A stretch of 64,000 bases of DNA, taken from the NCBI GenBank assembly GCA_963746605.1, contig CAVVCH010000061.1:134441-198440 (forward strand), given 5' to 3'. The position numbers and the translations under genes were made by a program. Positions 61,971 through 64,000 of this stretch are shown here, in pieces. Numbering within the stretch: position 1 is the stretch's first letter; each line of letters begins with the position of its first letter. The notes below the pieces were generated by a model. It made no database searches. It was not told the origin of the DNA and saw nothing but the letters and a program-made list of their open reading frames with translations. The stretch comes from an uncultured delta proteobacterium (GTDB lineage: Bacteria > Desulfobacterota > RBG-13-43-22).

Positions 61971-62594
61971 ATGCCAACGGTTAGTGTATATAATATAAGC
62001 AAGGAAAAAGTGGGAGAGCTGACCCTCAACGAAGCCATTTTTGATCGCCCGGTCGATCCGCATCTGCTCCACCGGGTGGTGACCATGCAGTTGACCAACC
62101 GCCGGTCCGGCACTTCGGCAACCAAAGGCCGTTCCGACGTCAGGGGGGGCGGTAAAAAGCCCTTTCGCCAGAAGGGCGGCGGTCGGGCTAGGGCCGGGTC
62201 GATAACTTCACCTCTGATGCGCAAGGGCGGGGTGGTTTTCGGACCTCAACCCCGGGTGTATCAGGTGAGAGTTCCCAAAAAGATGAAGAAATTAGCTTTG
62301 CGGATGGCCCTTTCCTCCAAGTGGCAGAGTGATCGCCTTCTGGTTCTGGAGGATTTCAATCTGGACGAAATAAAAACCAAGAAATTCTGCCAACTGTTAG
62401 ATCGCTTTGACCTAAAAAAGACCCTCTTTGTGATGGATCAGGACCATTTGAATTTTGAAAAGTCCGCGCATAACTTGCCCTTCGTCAAGACCTTGCGGGT
62501 CGAAGGCCTCAACGTCTACGATATCCTGAAATTCGAACATTTGGTGCTGAACCAACCCAGCGTGTTGCGTCTTGAGGAGACCTTAAGCCAATGA
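61971..62594 (+). CDS. rplD: 50S ribosomal protein L4
   Basis: ...KPFRQKGGGRARAGS... Confidence 0.9.
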   Translation: MPTVSVYNISKEKVGELTLNEAIFDRPVDPHLLHRVVTMQLTNRRSGTSATKGRSDVRGGGKKPFRQKGGGRARAGSITSPLMRKGGVVFGPQPRVYQVRVPKKMKKLALRMALSSKWQSDRLLVLEDFNLDEIKTKKFCQLLDRFDLKKTLFVMDQDHLNFEKSAHNLPFVKTLRVEGLNVYDILKFEHLVLNQPSVLRLEETLSQ

Positions 62595-62872
62595 AAGATA
62601 TCTATCAAGTCATCAAGCGCCCTTTGGTCACAGAGAAAAACACCCGGCAAAAGGAAGCGTTCAACCAGCTTTCCTTTGAAGTCGACCGGCGGGCCAATCG
62701 GTCCGAGGTGAAACAGGCCATTGAAAAATTATTTAAAGTCAAGGTGCTGCGGGTCAACCTGATGCAGATGGAGGGCAAGAAGAAAAAAGTGGGACGTTTC
62801 CAGGGCCAGAAGGCCGATTGGAAAAAAGCCCTGGTCCGCTTGGCGCCGGGGGAAATGATTGAAAACTTATAG
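62591..62872 (+). CDS. rplW: 50S ribosomal protein L23
   Basis: [18 protein letters not shown]... Confidence 0.9.
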   Translation: MKDIYQVIKRPLVTEKNTRQKEAFNQLSFEVDRRANRSEVKQAIEKLFKVKVLRVNLMQMEGKKKKVGRFQGQKADWKKALVRLAPGEMIENL

Positions 62873-62910
62873 GCTGGGATCGTTACCGATCCTTTAAGCA
62901 GGAGAAAAAT

Positions 62911-63735
62911 ATGGCCATCAAAACCTGTACCCCTACCTCCGCCGGACGTCGGTGGCAAACCTTCGATACGTTTGAAGGAATCAGCACCGAACGACCGGTA
63001 CGCGGATTGGTGGAACCGCTGCACAAGACCGGTGGTCGAAACGCCTATGGGCGGATTACCAGCCGGCATCGCGGTGGGGGACACAAACGTCTGTATCGCC
63101 TGATCGACTTTAAACGGGATAAAGTAGACATTCCCGCCCGTGTAGCCCGGATCGAGTACGATCCCAACCGGACCACCCGCATTGCCTTGTTGACGTATGC
63201 CGACGGGGAGAAAAGATACATTCTGGCTCCGGCCAAGCTCAAGGTTGGTGATCTCGTTCTCAGCAGTTCCCACGCGGACATCAAGCCGGGAAACACCTTG
63301 CCCCTGGCCAACATCCCCATGGGAACCCAGGTACATAACCTCGAACTTCAGCCTGGCAAGGGGGGGCAAATGGTCCGCAGCGCCGGTACCTATGCCCAGT
63401 TGATGGCCAAGGAAGGGAAATACGCCCAGATCAAAATGCCTTCCGGGGAAGTGCGCAAGGTTCTTTTGACTTGTAGGGCCACTATCGGACAGAACGGCAA
63501 TTTGGAGCAGGAAAATATCACCATCGGCAAGGCTGGCCGGAGCCGGTGGCTGGGAAAACGGCCTCAGTCCCGGGGGGTGGCCATGAATCCGGTGGACCAT
63601 CCGCACGGCGGCGGGGAGGGAAAGAGTTCGGGGGGACGCCATCCGGTAACTCCCTGGGGGGTCCCGACCAAGGGGTATCGTACTCGTAAAAACAAGGCCA
63701 GTGATCGGCTGATTGTCAAACGCCGGAAATCTTAG
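62911..63735 (+). CDS. rplB: 50S ribosomal protein L2
   Basis: ...[15 protein letters not shown]...[11 protein letters not shown]... Confidence 0.95.
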   Translation: MAIKTCTPTSAGRRWQTFDTFEGISTERPVRGLVEPLHKTGGRNAYGRITSRHRGGGHKRLYRLIDFKRDKVDIPARVARIEYDPNRTTRIALLTYADGEKRYILAPAKLKVGDLVLSSSHADIKPGNTLPLANIPMGTQVHNLELQPGKGGQMVRSAGTYAQLMAKEGKYAQIKMPSGEVRKVLLTCRATIGQNGNLEQENITIGKAGRSRWLGKRPQSRGVAMNPVDHPHGGGEGKSSGGRHPVTPWGVPTKGYRTRKNKASDRLIVKRRKS

Positions 63736-63757
63736 AGGGGAAGGATAGGGGGAAGAC

Positions 63758-64000
63758 GTGGCGCGTTCAATAAAAAAAGGACCCTTTGTCGATGGTCATC
63801 TTGTTCGAAAAGTGCAAGAGGCCCAGGATAACAAAAGTCGGAAAGTCATAAAAACATGGTCTCGCCGTTCAACGATCCTTCCCGAATTCGTCGGCGCCAC
63901 CTTTGCCGTGCATAACGGGAAAAAATTCATTCCGGTTTTCGTCAGCGAGAACATGGTCGGCCATAAATTAGGAGAATTTGCCCCGACCCGTATTTTTTAT
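63758..64000 (+). CDS. rpsS: 30S ribosomal protein S19 (GTG start; 3' end beyond the window)
   Basis: [18 protein letters not shown]...[26 protein letters not shown]. Confidence 0.85.
   Translation, partial: MARSIKKGPFVDGHLVRKVQEAQDNKSRKVIKTWSRRSTILPEFVGATFAVHNGKKFIPVFVSENMVGHKLGEFAPTRIFY

Overview
High-GC (~57%) chromosomal segment from a sulfate-reducer-type deltaproteobacterium (Desulfobacterota). Left third: a complete, co-linear dissimilatory sulfite reduction locus dsrA-dsrB-dsrD-dsrN-dsrC-(dsrT-like)-dsrMKJOP (4.4-14.8 kb), flanked by TPR and YkgJ-family genes. Middle: a LivK-HMGF-type ABC transporter, pxpBC, a small Fe-S/metal-handling operon (NifX-like, NifU-like, FmdB), yebC-ruvCAB, an orphan ParA-family ATPase, a decayed stretch of gene fragments (27.4-29.2 kb), and a TetR-headed minus-strand beta-oxidation-like cluster (29.2-37.7 kb) carrying unusual multidomain enzymes. 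The right half is core housekeeping: the Thr-Tyr-Gly-Thr tRNA operon, tuf, rpmG, tRNA-Trp, secE-nusG-rplKAJL-rpoBC, the str operon rpsL-rpsG-fusA-tuf, and the S10 operon start rpsJ-rplCDWB-rpsS. Most striking is at least six reading-frame disruptions (dsrA, dsrJ, a DUF35 gene, two large paralogous multidomain genes, a SnoaL-like gene) while 8 kb of rpoBC are intact. Everything is inferred from the sequence and family knowledge alone. No searches were run.
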